Assembly: GCA_018818205.1 (NCBI GenBank) | Contig: JAHISJ010000023.1 | Coordinates: 10,600-74,599, forward strand | Reading direction: 5' to 3' | DNA length: 64,000 nt | Origin: Patescibacteria group bacterium | GTDB taxonomy: Bacteria > Patescibacteriota > JABMPQ01 > JAHIRA01 | Part shown: positions 48,191 to 58,453 of the stretch, in pieces | How the letters are laid out: each line of letters begins with the position of its first letter | Numbering within the stretch: the first letter of the stretch is position 1 | Notes under the pieces: model-generated | What the model was told of the DNA's origin: nothing | What the model saw: only the letters and a program-made list of their open reading frames with translations | The model's database searches: none | Position numbers and translations under genes: made by a program

Positions 48191-50509
48191 ATGAGAGGAG
48201 AACAGGAAAAAATAGCGTACATAGAAAGCCAAGCTGAATCAGATCCAGCTATTTTAGAGTTCCTAGAAAGATTAGATGCAGACGAACTTAAAGAGTATGA
48301 CGACAGAAAATGGATGGGGCAGCACGAAGAGCTTAGAAATGGTGTTCGTGAAATGTGCTCTCTACCAGTGAATGAAGAAACATGGGGGAAAATAGTGAGT
48401 AAGCTTCATGAAATAGATTTTCTTGGAGCGCTGTCTTCCCCAGAAGTGGTTAGGAATCCCGCTGTGGATAAACAAGACTTAATGCATAGGCTAATAGAGA
48501 AACAAAGTCCCTGGATTGATGAGATGTTTGAGAGTTGCAGAGATCAACTCACCAACCTTGACGAAATTTTTGACTATTTTTGGAAATACGGTCATTACTA
48601 CATGATTTTAGGGCATTTAGAAGACTTTGAGCAATACGTTTCCGATCATCAAAGATTAGTTGATAGAGCATTAAAGCATGGTGTTACCGGCAACTGGGAA
48701 GCGGTTATTGAAAATTTAGACAAACTAAAAGGAGTAGATAAAGAAGAAGTATTTGACGAGGCGTATGAGAGGCTTTGGGTATATGCAGAAAAAAATAAAG
48801 ATCAGAAAGAATTTAATGAACTCTATGCCATTGTAGGGGAGAATATACATAAGCTTCCAGAAATAGGTTCAGATCGAGCGGATGAAGTTATTGCAGGACT
48901 TATAAATATGGATAGGCTTGATTTAGCTGAGAGAGTAAATCAAAAAACTGGAATACCTGACAAGCTCTTACATGAAGTTTCTAAGAAATATAAAGGAAGA
49001 GTGGATTTAAGGTTGTTTGTGCTTGCTCAGCAAATATATGAAGAAGAACCCGCAGAAGACTTTCGTGCACTCGGCGTGCAAGAGACAGGAGAAAAAGGAC
49101 TGCAAGAGTTGATTGAGGTGTATCAAAGGGAAAGGAGCCGCATAATCAGTGGTGATTTTTCTTTGGAGGACTTCCAAAATAGTGTTTTTGATACTATGTT
49201 TAAGTCTATTGTTCGTTTTGGGTATGCAGAATATGGTGATCAAAATGAAGCTGTCTTTAGAGCAAAAGTAGAGCTGTATTATAGTAATGAATCTCAGTAT
49301 GTATCCCTTAATGAAGCATATGTAGCCAGTGAGCCAGTACGCGTTTTCCGGTATGACGGAAAAGCTCAAGACGAGTTCCAATTCCCTGAACCAGTACAAC
49401 ACAGACTCAACGTTCTACTACATTCCATTGAAGAAGCGAGAAGGTTCGCTGGACAAGACGAGGGTGCCAATCTTCTTTTAGAGAGGATTCGTGAGAAACG
49501 AAGTAAAGCTGTACTAGAACTTGCAGAGCGTATAGAATCACAAGAAAACGAAAAGGCTAAAATTGCATTTAGTGATCTCCAAGCAAATTTAGAGGCGCTT
49601 GATTTAGAAGAGCTCAAAAATCCTCAGGAAATGTTTGTTACTCTCAGAAAAAGCAATTTTTTTGAAGAAGAACTCAGGCAAGCCATGTTTTATTTTGCAT
49701 TTCTTAATCATCCGAACTTCTTAGAAAAAAGAGTAGGTGAATTTAATAGGGAAAACTCCTCCATAGATGAACTGAGCTGGGTGCACAATTTTACTGGTCA
49801 TGTAGCTTTACAAGCAACACTTCTTCCCTATTTTAAAAATAATAAAGCTCGCAAAGAACTAAAAAGTCTCTTAAATACTTCAGCACTTAAACAAGGGATT
49901 TCTCAATATTCCAACTTGCCTACAAAAGGCAGCAAGTCCATGCGTTTTGATCCGCACAGAGATCTCCTTACCGAATTTTCTGGATATATTGCCGATGCGT
50001 GTTGGACAGAGGGAGACGTGGATGATGAAGAGAATATTTTTGAAGGTGAAGTAGTAAGCATTCTTGATGAATTTCCTAATGTTGTCTCAGAAAATTTTGT
50101 TATTAACCCTGACACCGAGAATGAAAAATTTGGTGGTGCAACCTTGCTTATAGAAACAGAAAGCAAAGATAATGAGAAGCTACTTGTCATTACAGGAATA
50201 AATCCTCTAGAAAACGTTATTAATCAGCTTTCTCCTAGAGATTTTCTAAAACAGTATCTCATTCATCTCGACAAGGCGGCAAAGAGGTTAGAAAGAAAAA
50301 CTGCCATTACGATTGATGATCACTCTGGCGGCTCTGCAACCAATCGTCCAACCTTTTTCGCTTATTTGAGTAAAATTAAACCGTATTTAAAAAAAGTCAC
50401 ACTCAAGTCTAAAGAAGACACTGAGTTTAATGGCTATGATATTCGAGAGGACACCTATTTAATTTCCGTAGAGGATTTAGAAAGAATAGAAAAGGAATTA
50501 AATCTATGA
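48191..50509 (+). CDS. Large acidic hypothetical protein (helical N-part, alpha/beta C-terminal domain)
   Basis: 772-aa ORF, no signal peptide; starts 1 bp after the tpiA stop. Confidence 0.8.
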   Translation: MRGEQEKIAYIESQAESDPAILEFLERLDADELKEYDDRKWMGQHEELRNGVREMCSLPVNEETWGKIVSKLHEIDFLGALSSPEVVRNPAVDKQDLMHRLIEKQSPWIDEMFESCRDQLTNLDEIFDYFWKYGHYYMILGHLEDFEQYVSDHQRLVDRALKHGVTGNWEAVIENLDKLKGVDKEEVFDEAYERLWVYAEKNKDQKEFNELYAIVGENIHKLPEIGSDRADEVIAGLINMDRLDLAERVNQKTGIPDKLLHEVSKKYKGRVDLRLFVLAQQIYEEEPAEDFRALGVQETGEKGLQELIEVYQRERSRIISGDFSLEDFQNSVFDTMFKSIVRFGYAEYGDQNEAVFRAKVELYYSNESQYVSLNEAYVASEPVRVFRYDGKAQDEFQFPEPVQHRLNVLLHSIEEARRFAGQDEGANLLLERIREKRSKAVLELAERIESQENEKAKIAFSDLQANLEALDLEELKNPQEMFVTLRKSNFFEEELRQAMFYFAFLNHPNFLEKRVGEFNRENSSIDELSWVHNFTGHVALQATLLPYFKNNKARKELKSLLNTSALKQGISQYSNLPTKGSKSMRFDPHRDLLTEFSGYIADACWTEGDVDDEENIFEGEVVSILDEFPNVVSENFVINPDTENEKFGGATLLIETESKDNEKLLVITGINPLENVINQLSPRDFLKQYLIHLDKAAKRLERKTAITIDDHSGGSATNRPTFFAYLSKIKPYLKKVTLKSKEDTEFNGYDIREDTYLISVEDLERIEKELNL

Positions 50510-50832
50510 ACACTGATGTAGGCAATTATTTTAATAACCAAAAATCCCCCCAAAAAGAGGTAGCTCTGGCTCTCAGAAAAATCATCAAAAAAACCTTTCC
50601 AAAAATCAAAGAAGAAATGAAGTACGGCGTACCCTACTATGAGGATAAATTTTACATTGTTGCCCTAAAAGATCACGTAAATCTAGGCTTTTCAATAATA
50701 GGATTAAGTAAAGATGAGATAGTATTGTTTGACGGTGGCGGAAAAACGACCAAATACATTGCCGTTGATTCTCCTAAAAAAATTGATGAGAAGAAAATAG
50801 TTAAGTTATTGAAACTAGTTTGGAATAAGTAA
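50506..50832 (+). CDS. DUF1801 (YdhG-like) protein
   Basis: V-x2-YF, LRKII, EEMKYGVPYY and HVNLGF pattern. Confidence 0.8.
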   Translation: MNTDVGNYFNNQKSPQKEVALALRKIIKKTFPKIKEEMKYGVPYYEDKFYIVALKDHVNLGFSIIGLSKDEIVLFDGGGKTTKYIAVDSPKKIDEKKIVKLLKLVWNK

Positions 50833-50838
50833 TGTCCT

Positions 50839-53800
50839 ATGAGCAGATCAAGAGAAGAATTTTCTAGAGAGAGTCAGCGTGCAGAAATTCGTGAGTATGT
50901 CAAGACGGAGATTCTTAGATGTGAGCAAGAAGTGCTTTCCCAAGAAATGCGAGATACAAATAAGTATAACGTTAAAGCGTGTTTTGAAGAAATCTCTGAG
51001 ACACTAGGAAAAGAGCCCTATATAGATCACATACTGACGGCAGAGGACGCAAAACGCTTTTTAAATGGCATGGTAGGTGTTCTAAAATCATTTAGAACAT
51101 ACGAGGAAGGAAACGGTATTATTGATGTAACACAAAATACCATGAAAACGGCACTAACTGACGTAACATCACTGCTGAGAGATGATGTACAAGGTGATTT
51201 TGAAAGAGTAACCGGCTTTATAAAAGATAATCCACGTCGTGTTACAAATCACCAGCCCGAACTAAACGCACTAACAGAAATTGCCAATGTAAGCGCGCTT
51301 ATTCGCTCAAGTGAGGATCTTCGGAGACTGTTGAAATTTGCGCATATTCTTGGACGCTCAAAAGTAGAAAAATGTATTGGTAGAGAAGACTATTCTCCAA
51401 AGAAAAAGAGGCTTCTTGAGTCAATCACTGATCCCAAAAAAAGAGAAAAATTAATACAGGGCGTATATGGGCAAGAAACAGAGCAGATAGAGCGATTTTC
51501 GCAAATGCGTGAGCTTCTTCAAGACTCTCATGATTTGAGCAATTACTTACGGATTGTTGAAATAGATACATCGTATCGACCAGATGGGCATAGATTCCCA
51601 GGAGATTCCGGGAGAAAAACACATTTTTTAAGTGATGCACTAAGTAAAAGTCCCGATGATGCGCGGGCATTCATTGCTCTTGCCGGTAGATTTGCAAAGA
51701 GAGGCATTGATCCTCAGTTTGTATACGACCATGAAGATGTTCTTGCCACTGAAGAAATCTCAGAAGATGGCGAAGGACTTTTAGCGCTACCTTTTGAACT
51801 TAGAGGTAAATGGCTTAGTGAGTGTGAGAAAATCGTTGCTAGAAACACTGGAGCATTAGAAAATATAGCACCATTCATTAGTGAGGGGCTCGTTTCTGAT
51901 GCTGATGTTCAAGCTGACGCTCGGAAAGCGTTAGACACTATTGTTCAAATGCTTGTAAGAAATGTTAATGGATCTGATATAAAAGTATTGTGTAGATTAA
52001 TCCCTGAGGCTTTGACTTATCTCAAAAAAATTGATAGAGAAGATACCCTGAGTCTTGAAGAAAAAACGAATGAGTATTTAACGAGCCTTGGTACATTCTC
52101 AAAAATTAATAGAGAGTCCGGGCATAGTAGAAGAGTAACTCAGCAGTATGCGCATCAATTTTTTTCTGATGACGTGCAGGAGGTGTTGCCGCATCTTACA
52201 GAGCTCATGCGTTCATTACTCATTGATAGAATGAGAGATGATAGAGACATGGCACGTATTGTTATTGAAAAACTCGATTCCTTTTACCAAGATTCTATTG
52301 CAGCAAGCGCTGTAAGAATAGCATTAGAACATCCAAAGGTTGCAGAGTTATTTGTGCAAATGTACGACGAATCTCCTGTTTGGAAGGATGAACCATGGGT
52401 TCCTTATGCATTGAAGGTCGCACAAAATAGAATAGAAAAAACTGGCGAGACAGAGGCATTGGAAAAAACTTTTGAGGAATATAATGACTTAGGTGAGAAG
52501 GGTGGTTTACAAGAGAAAGATGGATATGAGGATCATTTTTATCGTCTAAATAAAGAAAAAATTCTCTTTGCGCGTGGAGTTGCTGCTCTTTTAAGAAATC
52601 CTGAGCAAGCCCAAAAAGAGGGTGAAATGAGTTTAAATCAAGAAGGAAGAGAGGCCTTGCAGCAGATCAAAGACATTTTAGCAAAAGAATACGAGATGTT
52701 CAAAGAAGAGCTCCTTGCTGAAGAATTTGTGCCAACCGAGGACACTGATGCATTGTTTTCACCTGAAAACAGTGATGTTAAGATGAACAATCTTATGCCC
52801 AATGTGGAGAATTTTGTTGGGAGATATGTATCACTTCTTGCGGAAGGAAACCCGGAGGATCTAAATCGAATTTTAATTGAAAATAGGGAGGCAATTAAAA
52901 GCCTTGTAAAAGAGGGGTTTAGAAAGTACAGAAAGGCTTACATTATAGATATTCCTCTGTATGACAAGCTTTACAAAGAGCTTGATCTAATGCGCGAGTC
53001 TGGAAGGGACCCAATGGAAGTGTACATTGGGAGGGCGTTTGTTCAGGCATATGTTGGGAGGCGAGCACAAGAAATGGCCAGAAAAGGGTCACTTGATGAT
53101 AATCAAAGAGAAGCATTAGAGAAGAGCGGTGAAATAATCAGTATTAGACCACAGTATATTGTGTATCCACGCTACTTTGCACTCAATATAAAGCAAGAGG
53201 TACTTACCGAGTATTTAAAACAAGAGCAAATCAGTCATGAGCAAGATCCTGTTTTTTGTGATGTTGGACATCATGGTCTTGTGCCAGAGCATATGATGCG
53301 CATAATGGGATTTGATGATACTGAGATTGATGCACGTATCCACATGCTTCTTGCGGATGATAAAAAGAGGCAAGTAATTGGTGTCCCATACTATTACAGT
53401 ATGTCTGAGACTGAAGAAATTGAGGCAGAGGCAACTGCAGAAGAGATGTCTTTTGGGCTCTATAGAAATCCAAAAACAGGAAAGATTCAAAATGTAGCCC
53501 GTCCAGCATCGCCTGAAGATCAGTTTCATTTTGAGATGGTAAAACAAGCAATTACCCGACATTATTGGGTGAGAGAGAAGCGTCACTTTAATCCTTTCAA
53601 GACAGTTAACCACGAATCAGAGAAGTACCGAATACGCATTAAGCAGGAATGTGATGAAAATATCCCTCTTGGGTTTCTTGACGATCCGGAGGAATATATT
53701 GCAACGCACGCAAAAGGTATTCAAGGCGATGTTGATGTAAGTGAACAAAGAACATCGCATTTTTCACTTTCCAACGGAGATCACGTAGTCGCAAAAAAAT

Positions 53801-54207
53801 TTGGCACTACTGATAACAAGAAAGCACAAAGAGAATATATGACTCTTTTGCGAGCAAAGGAAGAAAATTTCCCCGTCCCCGCTCCTATTGGAATAGTAAA
53901 TGGAAAAGAAGGATCTGAAAATTCGTACGTTCTTTTAGAGTATACAGATGGTGTTCAAGCTAGTGAGTTTGAGAGTTATTTGAGGGGCTTGGGATTGCCT
54001 GGTGAAGATATTACTCAGTTACTTACAACGCTAGAGGGAATGAGCATTAAACTGAGAAACACATTTGCAGAAGATTTGGCCATCACAAAAGACTGGACGT
54101 ACGATGACCTCATAGTTGATTTTGATGAAGACCAGGGTATAATCAGGAGTATTACATCGGTTGATTGGGAGGATGCTGAGCCCTATAGTTTTCAGTTTGA
54201 AATATAA
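50839..54207 (+). CDS. 1122-aa acidic multidomain protein with C-terminal protein-kinase-like domain
   Basis: VVAKK, REY, PVPAPIG, LLEYTDG, KDW-x2-DD and VDWE motifs in the last ~170 aa. Confidence 0.75.
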   Translation: MSRSREEFSRESQRAEIREYVKTEILRCEQEVLSQEMRDTNKYNVKACFEEISETLGKEPYIDHILTAEDAKRFLNGMVGVLKSFRTYEEGNGIIDVTQNTMKTALTDVTSLLRDDVQGDFERVTGFIKDNPRRVTNHQPELNALTEIANVSALIRSSEDLRRLLKFAHILGRSKVEKCIGREDYSPKKKRLLESITDPKKREKLIQGVYGQETEQIERFSQMRELLQDSHDLSNYLRIVEIDTSYRPDGHRFPGDSGRKTHFLSDALSKSPDDARAFIALAGRFAKRGIDPQFVYDHEDVLATEEISEDGEGLLALPFELRGKWLSECEKIVARNTGALENIAPFISEGLVSDADVQADARKALDTIVQMLVRNVNGSDIKVLCRLIPEALTYLKKIDREDTLSLEEKTNEYLTSLGTFSKINRESGHSRRVTQQYAHQFFSDDVQEVLPHLTELMRSLLIDRMRDDRDMARIVIEKLDSFYQDSIAASAVRIALEHPKVAELFVQMYDESPVWKDEPWVPYALKVAQNRIEKTGETEALEKTFEEYNDLGEKGGLQEKDGYEDHFYRLNKEKILFARGVAALLRNPEQAQKEGEMSLNQEGREALQQIKDILAKEYEMFKEELLAEEFVPTEDTDALFSPENSDVKMNNLMPNVENFVGRYVSLLAEGNPEDLNRILIENREAIKSLVKEGFRKYRKAYIIDIPLYDKLYKELDLMRESGRDPMEVYIGRAFVQAYVGRRAQEMARKGSLDDNQREALEKSGEIISIRPQYIVYPRYFALNIKQEVLTEYLKQEQISHEQDPVFCDVGHHGLVPEHMMRIMGFDDTEIDARIHMLLADDKKRQVIGVPYYYSMSETEEIEAEATAEEMSFGLYRNPKTGKIQNVARPASPEDQFHFEMVKQAITRHYWVREKRHFNPFKTVNHESEKYRIRIKQECDENIPLGFLDDPEEYIATHAKGIQGDVDVSEQRTSHFSLSNGDHVVAKKFGTTDNKKAQREYMTLLRAKEENFPVPAPIGIVNGKEGSENSYVLLEYTDGVQASEFESYLRGLGLPGEDITQLLTTLEGMSIKLRNTFAEDLAITKDWTYDDLIVDFDEDQGIIRSITSVDWEDAEPYSFQFEI

Positions 54208-55214
54208 TGGGCGTTTCAGTGAATACAAGCTTTTCTCCACTTTCAAAAAAAAAGAAAGAAATTCTAAAAAAGCGAATGCAGATTCAAAAATCCATTCGTT
54301 GTTTTTTTGATCAAAAAGGTTTTATGGAAGTCGAGACTCCAAAACTTGTGAGTCTCCCTGGCATGGAACCAAATCTAACTCCATTTAGGACCTCACTGTT
54401 AAGAAACAAAAAAAACCACGATGCCTATCTCATAACATCCCCTGAATACCACATGAAAAAGATTTTGTGTTCTGGCATGAAAAAGATTTGGCAAATGTGC
54501 CCGGTTTTTAGAAACGCTGAAGAAAAAAGTCCCTATCACAACCCGGAATTTACCATGATCGAATGGTACATTACTGGTGGTAATTACAAAAGTATGGCCG
54601 ATTTTACCGAAGAGCTTGTTTTGTATATTTCTCAAGGATTTGCAAAACTACAAAAACCATTTGAACACATAACCTGCAGAGAAGCTTTTTTAGCATATAC
54701 TGGATTGCATCTTGAAGAGTTGTATCAAGACAAAGACACGTTTATAAAAAAAGCTCAAGGGATCGGATATGCGGTTACTGTGAGAGACGAAACAGCAGAT
54801 ATTTTTTATAAGATATTTCTAAAAGACATTGAACCTCATCTCGGGAAAAAGAAACCGACTTTTCTCTTTGACTATCCTGCAGAATTTGCAGCTCTATCTA
54901 AAATTAAGAAGGATAACCCATTATTTTGTGAGCGGTTTGAGCTGTATATTGACGGCATAGAAATCGCTAATGCATTCTCAGAACTTACCTATCCAAAAGA
55001 GCAGAAAGAAAGACTGCAAAAGGAGAGACAGGAGCGCAAGGAGCTAGGCAAAGAAGTATACGACGTTGACACGGGCTTTATTGACGCGTTAGAATATGGT
55101 ATGCCCAAATCGAGCGGCATTGCACTTGGATTTGATAGATTAGTTATGGTACTTACCGGGACAAAGTCAATTTCTGAAGTGATGTGGTTTTCGGGCGAAG
55201 AAGTGTTTGAGTGA
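54207..55214 (+). CDS. epmA: EF-P lysine aminoacylase EpmA (GenX/PoxA)
   Basis: TSPEYHMKK, HNPEFTMIEWY, ERFELY and GIALGFDRL motifs; no anticodon-binding domain; adjacent to efp. Confidence 0.93.
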   Translation: MGVSVNTSFSPLSKKKKEILKKRMQIQKSIRCFFDQKGFMEVETPKLVSLPGMEPNLTPFRTSLLRNKKNHDAYLITSPEYHMKKILCSGMKKIWQMCPVFRNAEEKSPYHNPEFTMIEWYITGGNYKSMADFTEELVLYISQGFAKLQKPFEHITCREAFLAYTGLHLEELYQDKDTFIKKAQGIGYAVTVRDETADIFYKIFLKDIEPHLGKKKPTFLFDYPAEFAALSKIKKDNPLFCERFELYIDGIEIANAFSELTYPKEQKERLQKERQERKELGKEVYDVDTGFIDALEYGMPKSSGIALGFDRLVMVLTGTKSISEVMWFSGEEVFE

Positions 55215-55237
55215 ATTTTGCAAATTAAAAAACGAAC

Positions 55238-55795
55238 ATGTCTGCAAACGATCTAAAAAAAGGCTCAGCGATTATTTTTAAAGGCGAACCTCACTCAGTG
55301 GTTGAGGCTAAATTTGTATTTCCTGGAAAAGGTCAAGCCTTTGTTAAATCAAAACTCAAAAATCTAAAAACAGGCAATGCTCTTGAACATGTATTTAAAT
55401 CGAATGATTCAGTTGAGGAGGCCGATGTAACGCTCAGAAAAACCACCTATCTCTATGCAGATGACGAGAACTTTTACTTTATGGATCCCGAAACGTACGA
55501 TCAGCAACCAATTCCTCGTGATATTATTGGTAACAGATACGCGTTTATGAAGGAAAACAGTGAAGTAAAAGGCGTCTATCTTGAGGGAACTATATTTGAT
55601 ATTGAGCTGCCGCCAAAGCTCGTCTTTAAAGTCGTTGAAGCACCACCGGGAGTAAAAGGTGACAGTTCAACAAATGTGACCAAAAAAGTCACTATAGAAA
55701 CAGGCGGCAAAGTAGCTGTACCTCTTTTTATCAATGAGGGCGATAAGATTAGAGTTAAGACTGATACAGGGGAGTACGTTGAGAGAGTGAAGTAA
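55238..55795 (+). CDS. efp: Elongation factor P
   Basis: PGKGQAF loop, PGVKGD, VPLFI-x2-G, Y-x-ERV. Confidence 0.97.
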   Translation: MSANDLKKGSAIIFKGEPHSVVEAKFVFPGKGQAFVKSKLKNLKTGNALEHVFKSNDSVEEADVTLRKTTYLYADDENFYFMDPETYDQQPIPRDIIGNRYAFMKENSEVKGVYLEGTIFDIELPPKLVFKVVEAPPGVKGDSSTNVTKKVTIETGGKVAVPLFINEGDKIRVKTDTGEYVERVK

Positions 55796-55844
55796 ATATT
55801 CGGGAAGACGCTCTTCATGTAATGAAAATTGAAAATTATTCTGA

Positions 55845-55873
55845 TTGCTTAACCACGTCACTATTGCTATAAT
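55845..55873 (+). promoter_or_regulatory. gap promoter
   Basis: TTGCTT-17 nt-TATAAT with extended TG. Confidence 0.65.
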
Positions 55874-55912
55874 AAACGTGGTTTTTTAGCTGTGCAAAAA
55901 TAATTAAAACAT

Positions 55913-56941
55913 ATGCCGATAAAATTTGCTATCAATGGATTTGGCCGTATTGGTCGTCCTACCTTTAAAGTTGCGATTGAAAATCCTGATATTGACATTG
56001 TCGCAATTAATGATTTGACCGACAACAAGATGCTTGCGCATCTGTTAAAATATGACACCAATTATGGCACACTCGATAAAACAGTTGAGGCACAAGATGA
56101 CAAGCTTATAGTCGACGGCAAAGAATATCATGCTTTTTCTGAGCCTGATCCTGCCAAGCTTCCTTGGAAGGAGCTTGGTGTTGATGTTGTATTAGAATGT
56201 ACCGGTGTTTTTAGAAAGTATGAGGACGCAAAAAAACATCTTGATGCTGGTGCAAAGCTGGTTATTATCTCTGCGCCGGGAAAAGGCGGTCCAATAAAAA
56301 CGTTTGTTCGTGGTGTTAATGACAATGAGTTTGATCCCAAGGAAAACACAGTGATTGACAATGCATCCTGTACCACGAACAGTATTGCCCCGGTCATTAA
56401 AGTATTGCAAGAGAGTGTAGGAATAGAAAAAGCATTCTTAACAACAATCCATTCATATACCGCGGATCAAAACTTAGTTGACGGTCCACACAAAAAAGAC
56501 TTAAGACGCGCTCGTGCCGCTGCCGTAAACTTAATTCCAACATCAACGGGAGCCGCAACGGCAACGTGTGATGTCGTAAATGGCATTGAGCCTGCCGTCT
56601 TTGATGGCCTCTCTATCCGTGTACCTACCCCGGTTGTTTCTCTCTCAGACGTTACCGCGGTAACAAAAGAAGACGTAACGGTAGAGAAAGTAAATGAGCT
56701 AATAAAGAATGCAGCGGGGACCGATGAATACAAAGGGATTATCCGGTATACGGAAGAAGAGCTCGTTTCATCTGATATAAAGGGAACTACCTATTCAGGC
56801 GTATTTGATTCAAAATTAACAAACGTTGTTGGTGGTAATTTGCTTAAAGTGATTATTTGGTATGACAATGAGTGGGCATATTCAGTGAGACTGGTGGATC
56901 AGGCTATTGAGTATGGGAAAAAGATAGTTAGTGGTGTTTAA
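55913..56941 (+). CDS. gap: Glyceraldehyde-3-phosphate dehydrogenase (type I)
   Basis: INGFGRIGR, NASCTTN, WYDNEW. Confidence 0.98.
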   Translation: MPIKFAINGFGRIGRPTFKVAIENPDIDIVAINDLTDNKMLAHLLKYDTNYGTLDKTVEAQDDKLIVDGKEYHAFSEPDPAKLPWKELGVDVVLECTGVFRKYEDAKKHLDAGAKLVIISAPGKGGPIKTFVRGVNDNEFDPKENTVIDNASCTTNSIAPVIKVLQESVGIEKAFLTTIHSYTADQNLVDGPHKKDLRRARAAAVNLIPTSTGAATATCDVVNGIEPAVFDGLSIRVPTPVVSLSDVTAVTKEDVTVEKVNELIKNAAGTDEYKGIIRYTEEELVSSDIKGTTYSGVFDSKLTNVVGGNLLKVIIWYDNEWAYSVRLVDQAIEYGKKIVSGV

Positions 56942-56968
56942 GTAAAAATTATAGCTAAATCGATAACA

Positions 56969-58432
56969 ATGGTAAGAGAAGCTCCTGGACCAGAAATAGA
57001 AGGATATAACAAGGAAATACAAAAAGGAACAAAGGAACAAATAGTTCTTATAGAAGGTCCTGAATATAAATACTGGGAAATTCCTGAAGAAATAGAGAGG
57101 ACTGGAGAAATCGCCGTATCTCAGGATGGGAGTCAGCTTATGCTTGGTAAGCTTAAAGAAGGGGGAGAAGCAGTATTTGTGAACTTCAGAAAGGGAAGTG
57201 TCTTTGAAAGGGTTAAGGATTTACAGTGGGCGCAAGATTCAAGTGATTTTGTTTATATCGGAAAAAGATATCACATTGATGAGGAGGTGCCGTCAGGCGG
57301 AGAGATTGCCGAGGAAGGAGACTTAGATGATCTTGAAGTGTTAATATGCAACGGAGAGGAGGTTTTTCAGAGCAAATCGTTGTCCTTTCCCGCGATTAAT
57401 CCAAACGGAGAAACTTTTTCTTGTGTTAAAAATCAGAAAGGAGACAAGGGAGATTGGTCTTTGTGGGGAGGAGCGTTAATTATTAATGGGAAACGTCGAA
57501 CAAGTCCTGAACGTTCAGTAACACTTATGCATCGAGGTATACAGTATTCTCTTGATGGTAAAAAAATTGCTGTAGACTATTCTTCTCGTCTTGACAGGGA
57601 AGATGAGAGAACAAGAGAAAATATGACAGCAATTTTGGATGAGGAGAATCAATATCATATTATTCCCGCTCGTGATACAAGAAACTCGCAATTTTCCCCA
57701 GATAGCAACGATTTTTACTGCACGGGAATAGATTTCCGTACAGAGATTCCCACCATTTACAAAAATGAAGAAGGGATTTTCGAAGGAGACCCCGATGAAC
57801 AAGGGTATTATTCAAATCTCAAAGTTGCACCGGATTCAACACATTGTGCGTATACGCATGTAATTGCAAGAGAGAATGCAGCAGAAAGTTCACGTTTTCA
57901 ATGCATGATAAATGGGGAAAGACGGGGTGAGCCGGTGAACGATATGGGTGCTTTTGTATGGTCACGCGATTCATCTAAAGTTGCCATAGAGACAAAATCA
58001 TGGAAAGGGGATACAAAAGATTCTAAGAATATAAGAGAATCTATACGAGAGTACTCGGTTAAATCTAACGATGAGCATCGAGGAAAGGAATATGACTCAG
58101 TAAGTTTGCCAACATATTCGTCAGATGGCAAGCATCTCGCCTATTTTGCTTCAAATGACAGTACAGGATTTATGCTAGTATTTAATGATGAGGAATATCC
58201 ACTATATGATAACGAAACAATGTCCACAAAAACTGATCAAGTAGGAAACAGGCCCCTAGATTTACGTTTTGAGGAAGAAACCGTACAAGGAACTGCAGTA
58301 AGTCTTGAAGCAACATTTAAAATTGATGGGAGAATTGCAGTGCGAACATTTATGTTCAGCGAAGCGGTTGATCCAGTAAAAAGAGAACAATTAGAACTTG
58401 AAGATGGGCTCTTTTCACTTGATAGTGATTAA
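56969..58432 (+). CDS. Acidic WD40/TolB-like beta-propeller protein without signal peptide
   Basis: Repeated blades SQDGSQL, YSLDGKKIA, FSPDSNDF, WSRDSSKVA and YSSDGKHLAY. Confidence 0.7.
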   Translation: MVREAPGPEIEGYNKEIQKGTKEQIVLIEGPEYKYWEIPEEIERTGEIAVSQDGSQLMLGKLKEGGEAVFVNFRKGSVFERVKDLQWAQDSSDFVYIGKRYHIDEEVPSGGEIAEEGDLDDLEVLICNGEEVFQSKSLSFPAINPNGETFSCVKNQKGDKGDWSLWGGALIINGKRRTSPERSVTLMHRGIQYSLDGKKIAVDYSSRLDREDERTRENMTAILDEENQYHIIPARDTRNSQFSPDSNDFYCTGIDFRTEIPTIYKNEEGIFEGDPDEQGYYSNLKVAPDSTHCAYTHVIARENAAESSRFQCMINGERRGEPVNDMGAFVWSRDSSKVAIETKSWKGDTKDSKNIRESIREYSVKSNDEHRGKEYDSVSLPTYSSDGKHLAYFASNDSTGFMLVFNDEEYPLYDNETMSTKTDQVGNRPLDLRFEEETVQGTAVSLEATFKIDGRIAVRTFMFSEAVDPVKREQLELEDGLFSLDSD

Positions 58433-58453
58433 TTTTATAATTCCAGAAGTGCT

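Noticed and set aside
43342-55214. Alternative genetic code (UGA read as Gly or Trp)
   Set aside because: adk and epmA end at TGA at their expected C-termini, and conserved genes have no internal TGA.
54207-55214. Truncated lysyl-tRNA synthetase pseudogene
   Set aside because: Lack of the anticodon domain, the motifs and adjacency to efp identify it as EpmA.
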